A stretch of DNA of 32,000 nucleotides, from assembly GCF_001548275.1 (NCBI RefSeq), contig NZ_AP014945.1:1530001-1562000 (forward strand), written 5' to 3'. The first letter of the stretch is position 1, and every line of letters starts with the position of its first letter. A program made the position numbers and the translations under genes. Under the pieces are notes generated by a model. It ran no database searches. It was not told the DNA's origin and worked only from the letters and a program-made list of their open reading frames with translations. This stretch comes from Caldimicrobium thiodismutans. Its GTDB lineage: Bacteria; Desulfobacterota; Thermodesulfobacteria; Thermodesulfobacteriales; Thermodesulfobacteriaceae. Shown one piece after another: positions 7,463 to 16,147 of this stretch.

Positions 7463-10051
7463 GTGAAATATTATGATTTTTCTGCCATAGAAAAAAAGTG
7501 GCAGAAGCTCTGGGAAGAAAAAAAGGTTTTCAAGGTCAAAACTGATCTGAATAAACCAAAATACTATGTCCTTGAGATGTTCCCCTATCCTTCTGGAAGG
7601 ATCCACATGGGGCATGTGAGGAATTATACCCTTGGAGATATTATAGCCCGGGTTAAAAGGATGAAGGGTTACAATGTGCTTCATCCCATGGGCTGGGATG
7701 CCTTTGGTCTTCCAGCAGAAAATGCTGCCCTTAAACATGGGACCCATCCAGCTGTGTGGACCTATTCTAATATTGATTATATGCGGGAGCAACTTAAAAA
7801 ACTTGGTTTTAGCTATGATTGGGACAGAGAGTTTGCAACCTGTGATCCTGAATATTATAAATTTGAACAGAGATTTTTTATTGAGATGTATGAAAGGGGG
7901 CTTGCCTATCGGAAGAAAACAGCAGTTAACTGGTGTGAGAGTTGTCAAACCGTCCTTGCTAATGAACAGGTAGAGGAGGGTAAGTGCTGGAGGTGCGGTC
8001 AAGAGGTTATCTCCCGTGAGATGGAAGGTTGGTTCTTGAGAATAACTGCTTATGCAGAAGAACTGCTTGAGGATCTTAAGAAATTGGAAGGCTTTTGGCC
8101 TGAAAAAGTGATTCTCATGCAGAGAAATTGGATTGGCAGGAGTGAAGGAGCAGAGGTAGAGTTTTTTATTCCAGAACTTTCAGAAAAGGTAAAAGTATTT
8201 ACTACCAGACCTGATACCCTTTTTGGTGTAACCTTTCTTGCTCTTTCCCCAGAGCATCCGCTGGCAAAAAGGCTTGCAATGAAAAAGGGCCTGTTTAAAG
8301 AGCTTGAGAGACTTTCTGAAAGGGTAAAAAAAGAAAGAAGACGAATTGAAGAGGGAGTTGCGGAAAAAGAAGGGCTATTTTTAGAGTCCTTTGCTAAAAA
8401 TCCCCTTAGTGGGGAGAGTGTTCCCATTTTTGCTGCCAACTTTGTCCTTATGGAATACGGAACCGGGGCTATTATGTGCGTTCCTGCTCATGACCAGAGG
8501 GATTTTGAATTTGCTAAAAAATATGGGCTTCCTATGAGAGTTGTAATTCAACCCGGAGATAAAACTTTAAAGGCTGAAGAGCTTGAATCTGCTTATGAAG
8601 AACTGGGGATAATGATAAACTCTGGAGAATTTTCTGGTCTTCCCAGCGAGGAAGGTAAAAAAAGGGTCATTGAGAAACTGGAAGCCCTTGGACTTGGGAA
8701 AAAAAGGATTACCTACAGGCTTAGAGACTGGGGAGTTTCTCGCCAGCGTTATTGGGGTTGTCCAATCCCTATGCTTTATTGTGAAAGGTGCGGAATTGTC
8801 CCAGAGAAATTAGAGAATCTTCCAGTCCGGCTTCCATTGGATGCACAGATAGACGCACAGGGCAGGAGTCCTCTTCCAAGGCTTAAAGAATTTGTTTCTG
8901 CCACATGTCCGGCCTGTGGAGGCCCAGCCAGAAGAGAAACCGATACCTTTGACACCTTTGTTGAATCCTCTTGGTATTTTGCAAGATTTACCTGTCCTGA
9001 TTATTCTGAACCCCTTAATTCTCAAGATGTGGATTATTGGTTGCCAGTGGATCAATATGTTGGTGGAATAGAACATGCCATCTTGCACTTACTTTATGCA
9101 AGGTTTTTTACCAAGGTTTTAAGAGATTTAGGATACTTGAGAATAGATGAGCCCTTTAAAAATCTTTTAACTCAGGGAATGGTTATAAAGGAAACCTATA
9201 AATGTCCAAGACATGGCTGGCTTTATCCAGAAGAGGTCTCCTCTGAAGGTAGATGTCTTAAGGATAATTGTGGGGAAGAGGTGATAGTTGGAAAATCAGA
9301 AAAGATGTCTAAGAGCAAGTGTAATGTGGTTGATCCTGATGCCATGATTAAAAAATATGGAGCTGATACAGTTAGGCTCTTTATTGCCTTTGCTGCACCA
9401 CCAGATCGAGACCTTGAATGGAGTGATCACGGCATTGAAGGGGCTTTTCGTTTCTTAAAAAGGGTCTATACCCTGGTTGAGGAGTATGCTGAAAGGCTAA
9501 AGGGAATAACCTATTCAGATAAGGATTTTTCAGAGCTTAGCGGTCAGGCCTTAATTCTAAGAAGAAAACTTCACCAGATGATTAAAAAGGTGCATCAAGA
9601 CTTTGAAGAGAGGCTTCACTTTAATACAGGGATTGCCTCCATTATGGAATTTTTAAATTTCTTACAGGATTCTCTTAAAGAGCTTGATCTTTCAGGGGAT
9701 GTAGAGCTTAAGCTTTTAAAGGAGATCTTTGAAAAGCTTTTACTTGCTCTTTCTCCTGTTTGTCCTCATCTCTGTGAGGAGCTCTGGGCACATCTTGGGA
9801 ATAGTGGGTTTATCTCTGAGGCAAGTTTTCCTCTTTGGGAGGAAAGCCTTCTTAAGGAAGAAAACTTTATCTTAGTTGTTCAAATTAATGGTAAGGTGAG
9901 GGATCAGATTTCAGCTCCTTCAGGAATTTCCAAAGAGGAGGCTCTTGAAATGGTTAAAGGGCTTCCTAAGGTCCAAAAATATCTTGAGGGAAAGACCTTA
10001 AGAAATGTTATCTTTGTCCCTGAGAAACTTATCAATATTGTTGTTTCTTAG
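7463..10051 (+). CDS. leuS: Leucine--tRNA ligase
   Basis: 862 aa. Class I HIGH motif (SGRIHMGHVRNY), KMSKS motif (KMSKSKCNVV), CP1 editing insertion and Cys-rich zinc knuckles. GTG start gives the typical MKYYDFSAIEKKWQ N-terminus. Confidence 0.97.
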   Translation: MKYYDFSAIEKKWQKLWEEKKVFKVKTDLNKPKYYVLEMFPYPSGRIHMGHVRNYTLGDIIARVKRMKGYNVLHPMGWDAFGLPAENAALKHGTHPAVWTYSNIDYMREQLKKLGFSYDWDREFATCDPEYYKFEQRFFIEMYERGLAYRKKTAVNWCESCQTVLANEQVEEGKCWRCGQEVISREMEGWFLRITAYAEELLEDLKKLEGFWPEKVILMQRNWIGRSEGAEVEFFIPELSEKVKVFTTRPDTLFGVTFLALSPEHPLAKRLAMKKGLFKELERLSERVKKERRRIEEGVAEKEGLFLESFAKNPLSGESVPIFAANFVLMEYGTGAIMCVPAHDQRDFEFAKKYGLPMRVVIQPGDKTLKAEELESAYEELGIMINSGEFSGLPSEEGKKRVIEKLEALGLGKKRITYRLRDWGVSRQRYWGCPIPMLYCERCGIVPEKLENLPVRLPLDAQIDAQGRSPLPRLKEFVSATCPACGGPARRETDTFDTFVESSWYFARFTCPDYSEPLNSQDVDYWLPVDQYVGGIEHAILHLLYARFFTKVLRDLGYLRIDEPFKNLLTQGMVIKETYKCPRHGWLYPEEVSSEGRCLKDNCGEEVIVGKSEKMSKSKCNVVDPDAMIKKYGADTVRLFIAFAAPPDRDLEWSDHGIEGAFRFLKRVYTLVEEYAERLKGITYSDKDFSELSGQALILRRKLHQMIKKVHQDFEERLHFNTGIASIMEFLNFLQDSLKELDLSGDVELKLLKEIFEKLLLALSPVCPHLCEELWAHLGNSGFISEASFPLWEESLLKEENFILVVQINGKVRDQISAPSGISKEEALEMVKGLPKVQKYLEGKTLRNVIFVPEKLINIVVS

Positions 10052-10532
10052 TATTAGTCTTTGGGCCTGTGGATATACCCTTCAGGAGAGACCCTCCTAT
10101 TTTAAATCTCACTGGAAAACTATTTATATTCCCCCTTTTAAAAATTATACTCAAGAGTCTGAGATGGGAGAACTTCTGGCTTATGAGCTTCGCCATCGCT
10201 TCAGTCAGGGCAGGCTCCTTATCCCGGTTTATAGGGAAGAGGAGGCGGATTTAATCTTTAAAGGCGAGATTACCAGAGTTTATGTGGAGCCGGTATCTTA
10301 TGAGGTCTTTCTTCAGACTAAGGAAAGAAAAATTCTTTTTGAAGGGAAATTCCAATTGATTGAGCGAATTACTCAAGAAAAGATTTATGAAAATAGAAAA
10401 TTTAATAGATTTGAGACCTATCGTGTCAGTGAGGCTTTAACAGGGCTTCTTGATCCGGGGAAAAAGGAGGCTTTAAAAAAGCTCTCTAAGGATATCTCTG
10501 AGCTTATATTTCAGGAAATATTTTTTAAATAA
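10005..10532 (+). CDS. lptE: LPS-assembly lipoprotein LptE
   Basis: 175 aa. Signal peptide ends in a lipobox-like SLWAC followed by GYTLQ (compare E. coli LptE CGWHLR). Conserved leuS-lptE synteny. Overlaps the leuS 3' end by 47 nt, so the true start could be internal. Confidence 0.7.
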   Translation: MLSLSLRNLSILLFLSISLWACGYTLQERPSYFKSHWKTIYIPPFKNYTQESEMGELLAYELRHRFSQGRLLIPVYREEEADLIFKGEITRVYVEPVSYEVFLQTKERKILFEGKFQLIERITQEKIYENRKFNRFETYRVSEALTGLLDPGKKEALKKLSKDISELIFQEIFFK

Positions 10533-10534
10533 GC

Positions 10535-11134
10535 TTACCAAGTCTTAAATCCCTCTAAGGTTTCTTTAATTTCCTTAGGTTCCCAGAATCTTAGGCCCAA
10601 GGAATCTGCCATGTAAAGGACTCCGCGGTCAGCAGATAGAACAACTCCATCCAGTTCAAGGGCAAGGAGAATAATTTCAAGGTCTTCCTTACTATCAACA
10701 ATTCCTTCTCTTAATACCTCTCTATACTTCCGTCGCAGGGACTTTAATACCTCCTCCGGCTTTTTATAGGTTAAGGCTTTGACAGCCTCTTCAGCAATTC
10801 TTAATCCCTTATTGATACGGTTGCGGATTTCATCAATAAATTCATACATTAAAAAAGCAGGAATATAGAGTTCATATTTTTTCGGTGACTTAACTTTAAG
10901 CACTGATCTTGCTTTGGGAGGAATTTTCATCTGAGAAATCATTCTTTTCAACTCATCATAAACAGAGGTAGGTATATAGACACTTACATCCCCCTCAAGT
11001 TCTGCCACAAGGAGAAGAAAGTTCTGAAAGGCAGAAAGAGGGTCTTCTCCAAACTGATGATAGACATCTGGGTTGGTAAAAATACTGGTATCAGGAATTA
11101 ATCTTTCCTTTTCCATGGGAATGATTTTAAACAA
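10535..11134 (-). CDS. PIN_5/UPF0278-family metallonuclease, candidate HARP (protein-only minimal RNase P)
   Basis: 199 aa. N-terminal acidic PIN motif (LIPDTSIFTNPDVY), central RNRINKGLRIAEE, and C-terminal KYREVLREGIVDSKEDLEIILLALELDGVVLSADRG. As I recall it, this is the pattern of Aquifex Aq_880 and the archaeal MJ0950 family. The size also fits (about 23 kDa). Confidence 0.65.
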   Translation of the reverse strand: MFKIIPMEKERLIPDTSIFTNPDVYHQFGEDPLSAFQNFLLLVAELEGDVSVYIPTSVYDELKRMISQMKIPPKARSVLKVKSPKKYELYIPAFLMYEFIDEIRNRINKGLRIAEEAVKALTYKKPEEVLKSLRRKYREVLREGIVDSKEDLEIILLALELDGVVLSADRGVLYMADSLGLRFWEPKEIKETLEGFKTW

Positions 11135-11196
11135 TAAAATTTTAAGGTCAAGGGAAAAATTGGACTTTACAACTGGAAAAAAAGTTATATGTTTAA

Positions 11197-12270
11197 ATGA
11201 TTATGCGGTTGAAACTTGCCTTGATTGGATGTGGAAAAGCTGCTGAGCGCCACCTCAAAATTTATCAGGCTTTAAAGGATGAGGTGGAAGTGGTTGCTGT
11301 ATCAGATCTAAATCCTGAGAGAGTTAAAATTTTTTCTGAAGCCCTATCTGCTAAACCCTATACAGATTTTCAAGAGATGCTTAAAAGAGAACCTGTAGAT
11401 GTGGTTGACCTTGCCGTTCCATCAGGTCTTCATAAAAAAGTGGGAGAAATTATTCTAAAAAAATTTCGTAAGCATCTTCTGGTGGAAAAACCTCTTGCTC
11501 TTACTCTTAAAGATGCAGAAACTCTGGTAAATTTAGCGGAAAGATATCAACTTAAGCTGGTAACCATTTTTCAAAATAGAGCCAATCTTCCTGTAATTAA
11601 GGTTAAAGAACTTCTTGATAAGGGTTTTTTTGGGAAAATTGTGCTACTTTCAGTAAAGTTTTACTGGTCAAGGAGACAGAATTACTATGACAGTGCAAGT
11701 TGGAGGGGCACCTGGGCTTATGATGGAGGAGCCCTTGCCCAACAGGGTTGTCATTTTGCTGATATGATGACCTATCTTTTAGGAGAGGTTGAAAGCTCTT
11801 TTGCCAAAATGGGAACCTATCTTGTAAATATCGAGGCTGAAGACCTTCTTGTGGGAACCGTTAAATTCAAAAATGGAGCCCTTGGAACAATTGAAGCCAC
11901 AACCTGTGCAAGACCAAAGGACATAAAAGCCGAGGTGGTTTTGCTGGGAGAAAGGGGCTCAGCAATTATTGGAGGATTTGCCATGAATCGGCTTGATTAT
12001 CTTTCCCTTGAAGGAGTTGAAGATCCCACCCCACTCATAGAGGGATACAGGGAAAATCCCCAGCATCCCCTTGGATATTCTCACTTTAGTTATATAAAAT
12101 CAGTCTTTGAGTATTTTAAAAAGGGAGAAAGGGCACCTTATCTTGCTGTTGGAGAAGATGCCCTTCCTTCTCTTCAGCTTATTATCGGACTTTATGAATC
12201 GGCAGAAAGAGGAAAAGAGATTCACTTTCCCTTTAAACCAAGATACTGCAAACTTGGAAAAGGAGTATAA
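11197..12270 (+). CDS. Gfo/Idh/MocA-family nucleotide-sugar dehydrogenase (WbpB/GnnA-like 3-oxidase candidate)
   Basis: 357 aa with a Rossmann N-terminus (LALIGCGKAAERH), an EKP motif (LLVEKPLALT) and FQNRANLP. Sits 2 nt upstream of a DegT aminotransferase. Confidence 0.8.
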   Translation: MIMRLKLALIGCGKAAERHLKIYQALKDEVEVVAVSDLNPERVKIFSEALSAKPYTDFQEMLKREPVDVVDLAVPSGLHKKVGEIILKKFRKHLLVEKPLALTLKDAETLVNLAERYQLKLVTIFQNRANLPVIKVKELLDKGFFGKIVLLSVKFYWSRRQNYYDSASWRGTWAYDGGALAQQGCHFADMMTYLLGEVESSFAKMGTYLVNIEAEDLLVGTVKFKNGALGTIEATTCARPKDIKAEVVLLGERGSAIIGGFAMNRLDYLSLEGVEDPTPLIEGYRENPQHPLGYSHFSYIKSVFEYFKKGERAPYLAVGEDALPSLQLIIGLYESAERGKEIHFPFKPRYCKLGKGV

Positions 12271-12272
12271 AA

Positions 12273-13385
12273 ATGCCCCAGATACCCCTTCTTGACTTAA
12301 GACGCGGTTTTTCTGAAATTGAAGAAGAGGTTTTAAAGGGTTTTAAAGAGGTTTTTCAAAGTATGAAAATTTTAAATGGTCCAAATTTACAGGCCTTTGA
12401 AAAAGAATGGGCTGAATATCTTGGAGTAAAACATGCCATAGGTTATAGTTGTGGGACCTCAGCCCTTCTTGCCAGTTTGCTTGCTTTAGGAATAGGGAAA
12501 GGAGATGAGGTTCTCCTTCAGGCAAATGGTTTTATTGCGGATTTTGAAGCAGTTTATTTTTCAGGGGCAGAACCTGTATTTCTTGAGGTTGATCCAAAAA
12601 CCTTTGGCCCTGATCTCAATGATCTCAGGAAAAAAATTACTCCTCGCACAAAAGCCCTTTTACTTATTCACATGTATGGACACCCCTGTGAGATGGATGA
12701 TATCCTTGAGATTTGTGATAAATATGGAATTATCTTGATTGAAGATGCCTCCCATGCTCATGGAGCTGAGTATAGGAGTAAAAAGGTTGGCACCTTTGGT
12801 AAAGTTGGATGTTTTAGTTGTGGACCTGTTAAGAATTTAAATGCTGTCGGAGATGCAGGAGTTGTTGTTACCAATGATGATGAACTTGCCTTCAAGTTAA
12901 AATATTTTCGTGTTCATGGCCAGGTTGAAAAAAATCACTCCCATTTTCCTGGATTAAATACCCGCCTTGATGAGCTTCAGGCAGTAATATTAAGGGCAAG
13001 GCTTAAAACCCTTGACCAAAAAAATGAAAAGAGAAGAGAAATTGCAAGGTATTACACAGAAAAGCTTTCAGAAATACCTGGGCTTTTACTTCCCCCTCTT
13101 GATCCACCTCATAAAAAAAGTGTCTATCATCGTTATGTTATCGGGACTTCAAAGAGGGAAGAATTAATAAAATTTTTGAAAGAAAGAGGAATAGGAACAG
13201 GTTATTATTATCCCATTCCCCTGCATCAACACAGAGCCTATTTTGAGACCTTTGGGAAATCTTGGAATCTTCCCCAGGCTGAAAGGCTTGCAAGGGAACT
13301 TGTGGCCATTCCCATTTATCCCGAGCTCACTCAGGATGAAATTGATTATATAGTTGACTCAATTAAAGCTTTTTTTAACGCTTAA
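12273..13385 (+). CDS. DegT/DnrJ/EryC1/StrS-family PLP-dependent sugar aminotransferase (GnnB/WbpE/ArnB-like)
   Basis: 370 aa with typical family blocks (FEKEWAEYLGVKHAIGYSCGTSAL, EDASHAHGAEY) and the catalytic-lysine block FSCGPVKNLNAVGDAGVVVTND. Tightly coupled to both neighbours (2-nt gaps). Confidence 0.9.
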   Translation: MPQIPLLDLRRGFSEIEEEVLKGFKEVFQSMKILNGPNLQAFEKEWAEYLGVKHAIGYSCGTSALLASLLALGIGKGDEVLLQANGFIADFEAVYFSGAEPVFLEVDPKTFGPDLNDLRKKITPRTKALLLIHMYGHPCEMDDILEICDKYGIILIEDASHAHGAEYRSKKVGTFGKVGCFSCGPVKNLNAVGDAGVVVTNDDELAFKLKYFRVHGQVEKNHSHFPGLNTRLDELQAVILRARLKTLDQKNEKRREIARYYTEKLSEIPGLLLPPLDPPHKKSVYHRYVIGTSKREELIKFLKERGIGTGYYYPIPLHQHRAYFETFGKSWNLPQAERLARELVAIPIYPELTQDEIDYIVDSIKAFFNA

Positions 13386-13387
13386 AA

Positions 13388-14302
13388 ATGAGTCAGAAGC
13401 TTATTTCTATTCTTATACCCATGCACAACGAAGAGGGAAATGTGGATCTGGTGTATAGTGAAGTAAAGGCTGTTTGTGAGGAGATAAAAAGTGAAAGAGG
13501 CTATGATTACGAAATCCTTTTTGTAAATGATGGAAGCACTGACAGGACTCTTGAAAAGTTAAAAACTCTGAAGGAGAAAGATGGGAGAATAAGAATTCTT
13601 AATATGGATAGAAATAGAGGAGAGGCAGCGGGTTTAACAGCGGGTTTTCAGCTGGCAAAAGGGGATTTCATCTTTACCATGGATGGAGATGGCCAAAATG
13701 ATCCGAGATATTTTAAAGAGCTTCTTTTAAAGCTTGAAGAGGGCTATTTAGTTGCAACTGGCTATCGTCTAAAGAGAAAGGAGCCTTTATTAACCCGCAG
13801 GATACCCTCCTTTATAGCAAATCGTATCATTGCCATAGTTACAGGTGTTAAAGTAAGGGATAACGGCTGTTCCCTTAAGGGATATGTAGCTGAGATTCCT
13901 AAAAGGGTTCAAATTCCCCATGGATTTCATCGCTTCTTACCTGCCCTTTTTGGAGTTAAAAATGAAGAGGTTGCAGAAATCCCGGTTCTTGATAGAAAAC
14001 GCTACTGGGGACGCTCTCACTATGGCTTAAAAAGAACTGTTGAGGTTTTAAGGGAACTTATAACCTTTCCCTTTTTGAAAAGGTCTGTGTTTTATGAGAA
14101 ATTTTTTAAAGTCTGGAGTATTCTCCATGTGTGCGCCCTTTTTCCCGTAGGTATCTCGTTGATATTAAAACCTGGTCTTATAAAGGGTTCTCTATTTTTT
14201 GCCCTTTTTCTTGGTGCCTTAGTAAGTTATGTGATTCACAAAAATTTAAAGCGCTTTAATCTTGCTCAAAGGGAAGGTGTCTTTAAGGTTGAAGATTTGT
14301 AA
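13388..14302 (+). CDS. GT2 polyprenyl-phosphate glycosyltransferase (ArnC/GtrB/DPM1-like)
   Basis: 304 aa with a GT-A domain (ISILIPMHNEEGN, FVNDGSTDRT, FTMDGDGQNDP). Two C-terminal hydrophobic helices match the membrane-anchored ArnC/GtrB class. Confidence 0.85.
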   Translation: MSQKLISILIPMHNEEGNVDLVYSEVKAVCEEIKSERGYDYEILFVNDGSTDRTLEKLKTLKEKDGRIRILNMDRNRGEAAGLTAGFQLAKGDFIFTMDGDGQNDPRYFKELLLKLEEGYLVATGYRLKRKEPLLTRRIPSFIANRIIAIVTGVKVRDNGCSLKGYVAEIPKRVQIPHGFHRFLPALFGVKNEEVAEIPVLDRKRYWGRSHYGLKRTVEVLRELITFPFLKRSVFYEKFFKVWSILHVCALFPVGISLILKPGLIKGSLFFALFLGALVSYVIHKNLKRFNLAQREGVFKVEDL

Positions 14303-15891
14303 AAAATATAATAATTTTTGGATTTATCACCCTTAGTCTCAAATTTTTCCATTTTATAACCTTCTTTTTGAAAGAGATTTAACCATTCTTCTTTTAGGTT
14401 TTTTCTTATAATGATAATCTTACATTTTGAAAGGGCCTCCTCAGGCTTTTTCAAATCTTCAACTTTTTCCTTTATTTCTGCATAAAAATAAAAATTAGCT
14501 ACAGGTCTCTCTTCCAAAGAGAGACTGCAGATTTTTAGATCTTGATTTTTTTCTGAGAGCCTTTTAACAAATAAACCGCTTTCTTTTTCTGTGCTTGAAC
14601 TATAGGCTGGCTGAAGAAAGGAAAAATAGAGAATCTCTGAAAGTAAAAAAATTAAAATTATACTTAAAAATTTTTCCGAAAGTTTAGAGATTTTTATAGA
14701 TTTTATAAGTAAAAAGATCTGGGCAATTATTGTAAACCCAAAGCCTATCCACAAATTTGGGTTAAAAGGATAACCCTTTTTATGAAGAAAATAAAGGGAA
14801 ACAAGGCTCAAAAAAGGTAAAAAAAGGGCTATTCCTTGATGGAGTTTAACTAAAAAGAACTCTTTTAAATTTTTTAGATAAAAGGTAAGGGTGATTATAG
14901 TAAAGGGAAGGATAGGTAGAAGGTAATATCCCCTTCTTGCTTTAGCAAGAGTAAATAACAAGAAGATAAAGAGGTTAGTTAAAAAAAAGAGTTTTTCATT
15001 TTGGGAAAGACTTTTAAAGTTTTTAAAGTTTTTATAAAGAGCTAAGGGAAGAAAAAGGCTGAAAGGAGCAATCCACAGGGGCCAGAAGTAAAAATAGATA
15101 TAAAAGGGTCTCAAATTATCATAGGGATCTACAGCTTGTTTTAGATTTTCCCTAAACCAGAGATAAAAGGGAAGCTGGGTTTGAAGTTCCTTTGAGATAA
15201 GATAATAGTGGAGAAAATAAAGGGAAACTCCGAGGGCTAAAATTATGAAAAGTTTGGGGTTAAAGTGATAGAATCTGCGAAAAAGAACAATGTCAAGCCC
15301 TACAAAAAGACCTAAAACAGCTACTGCAGTAAGACCTTTACTTAAAGCCCCAAAGAGAAGGGCAAATATGAAAAGGGTATATCCTGTAAAGGATGGTTTT
15401 TCCCGATAGTAGATATAAACTGTTAGAGCAGAAACAATGCCGAATAGTTGATAGATTTCCGATTGGGAAAGTCTTGAAAATTCAAGAAAGCCAAGGGAGG
15501 CTCCATAAAGGGCGGTTCCAATAAGGGCCCATTCTTTTTCAAAAAGTTTTTTAGCAAGAAAATAAAAAATGAGGACAGAAAATAAGCCGAGGAGAGCCCC
15601 TGGAAGCCTAACAGTAAATTCAGAAAAGCCAAAAAGCTCTCCACTAATTTTTATAAGCCAAAAGGGAATAAGGGGTTTGGTCACATGGGGTTCAAAATTT
15701 ATAGTGGGAACAAACCAGGAGCTTCTCAAAGACATTTCCCTTGCCCCTTCTGCCCATCTTCCCTCAACCCCAAAAAGTGGCCTCTCCCAGAGATTCAAAA
15801 AGATTCCAGAAAATAGCAAACCAATAAAAAGTAACCTTAGTAAATCAAAAATTTGAATGGTGTTAATAATTTTGTGTATAAAATTTTTCAT
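14266..15891 (-). CDS. ArnT/PMT-like GT-C glycosyltransferase (GT39/GT83 class), polytopic membrane protein
   Basis: 541 aa with many TM helices. The first periplasmic loop motif (EGRWAEGAREMSLRSSWFVPTINFEPHVTKPLIPFW) resembles the ArnT E-x-RYAE...KPPL signature. GAGGGGG RBS lies upstream of the ATG. Confidence 0.8.
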   Translation of the reverse strand: MKNFIHKIINTIQIFDLLRLLFIGLLFSGIFLNLWERPLFGVEGRWAEGAREMSLRSSWFVPTINFEPHVTKPLIPFWLIKISGELFGFSEFTVRLPGALLGLFSVLIFYFLAKKLFEKEWALIGTALYGASLGFLEFSRLSQSEIYQLFGIVSALTVYIYYREKPSFTGYTLFIFALLFGALSKGLTAVAVLGLFVGLDIVLFRRFYHFNPKLFIILALGVSLYFLHYYLISKELQTQLPFYLWFRENLKQAVDPYDNLRPFYIYFYFWPLWIAPFSLFLPLALYKNFKNFKSLSQNEKLFFLTNLFIFLLFTLAKARRGYYLLPILPFTIITLTFYLKNLKEFFLVKLHQGIALFLPFLSLVSLYFLHKKGYPFNPNLWIGFGFTIIAQIFLLIKSIKISKLSEKFLSIILIFLLSEILYFSFLQPAYSSSTEKESGLFVKRLSEKNQDLKICSLSLEERPVANFYFYAEIKEKVEDLKKPEEALSKCKIIIIRKNLKEEWLNLFQKEGYKMEKFETKGDKSKNYYIFYKSSTLKTPSL

Positions 15892-16089
15892 ATTTTGCCC
15901 CCTCGTGTTCCTTCAATTTCTCTCATCTTCTCTCTCCAATTATTTTGATCTTTCTTGCCTGAGTTTTTTAGTATATATTATAAGATACTTCTTTTTTTGT
16001 AAAACACCCGCTGGTATACATAGTGTAAATTCTCTGAATCTAAATATAAAGACTTCCTTGAATAGGGCTTCAAATCTTGGGTCTCAATA

Positions 16090-16117
16090 TTGGTATTTTA
16101 TGGTTCAATGATATAAT
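16090..16117 (+). promoter_or_regulatory. Candidate sigma70-type promoter for the WaaL-like gene (TTGGTA-N16-TATAAT)
   Basis: TTGGTA at 16090-16095 and TATAAT at 16112-16117 with a 16-nt spacer, about 30 nt upstream of the 16148 ATG, in a 256-bp divergent intergenic region. This AT-rich DNA makes chance matches likely. Confidence 0.25.
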
Positions 16118-16147
16118 AAAGGCAATTTTTTAAAAAGCAAAGGGAAA

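Noticed and set aside
7397-8002. 201-aa ORF antisense to the icd 3' end and the leuS 5' region. Similar antisense or alternate-frame ORFs occur at 600-815, 999-1244, 1363-1584, 2423-2740, 4337-4675, 4533-4715, 5089-5328, 5774-6010, 8050-8439, 8810-9088, 15423-15856, 16696-16920, 22007-22261, 23689-23898, 26222-26431, 26702-26935, 28652-28852 and 30655-30837.
   Set aside because: All lie inside strongly recognisable conserved genes on the other strand or in another frame. They have low-complexity or atypical composition, no convincing RBS and no recognisable motifs. They are typical shadow ORFs.
10005-10051. 47-nt overlap between leuS and the lptE ORF, considered as a possible frameshift or fusion.
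   Set aside because: The frames differ and each protein has a complete, normal terminus. The overlap contains the lptE signal peptide, so it is either a genuine overlap or a slightly later start. There is no evidence of recoding.
14266-14302. 37-bp 3'-end overlap of the convergent GT2 (+) and ArnT-like (-) genes, considered as possible antisense regulation or a mis-called stop.
   Set aside because: Both reading frames are continuous to their stops and such short convergent overlaps are common in compact genomes. Nothing in the sequence indicates a specific regulatory element.
15857-16111. 84-aa ORF in the divergent intergenic region between the ArnT-like gene and the WaaL-like gene.
   Set aside because: It overlaps the ArnT-like gene start and its RBS, has no Shine-Dalgarno, and its peptide is low-complexity (F/L/S/C-rich). 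The region is better explained as a promoter/leader region.
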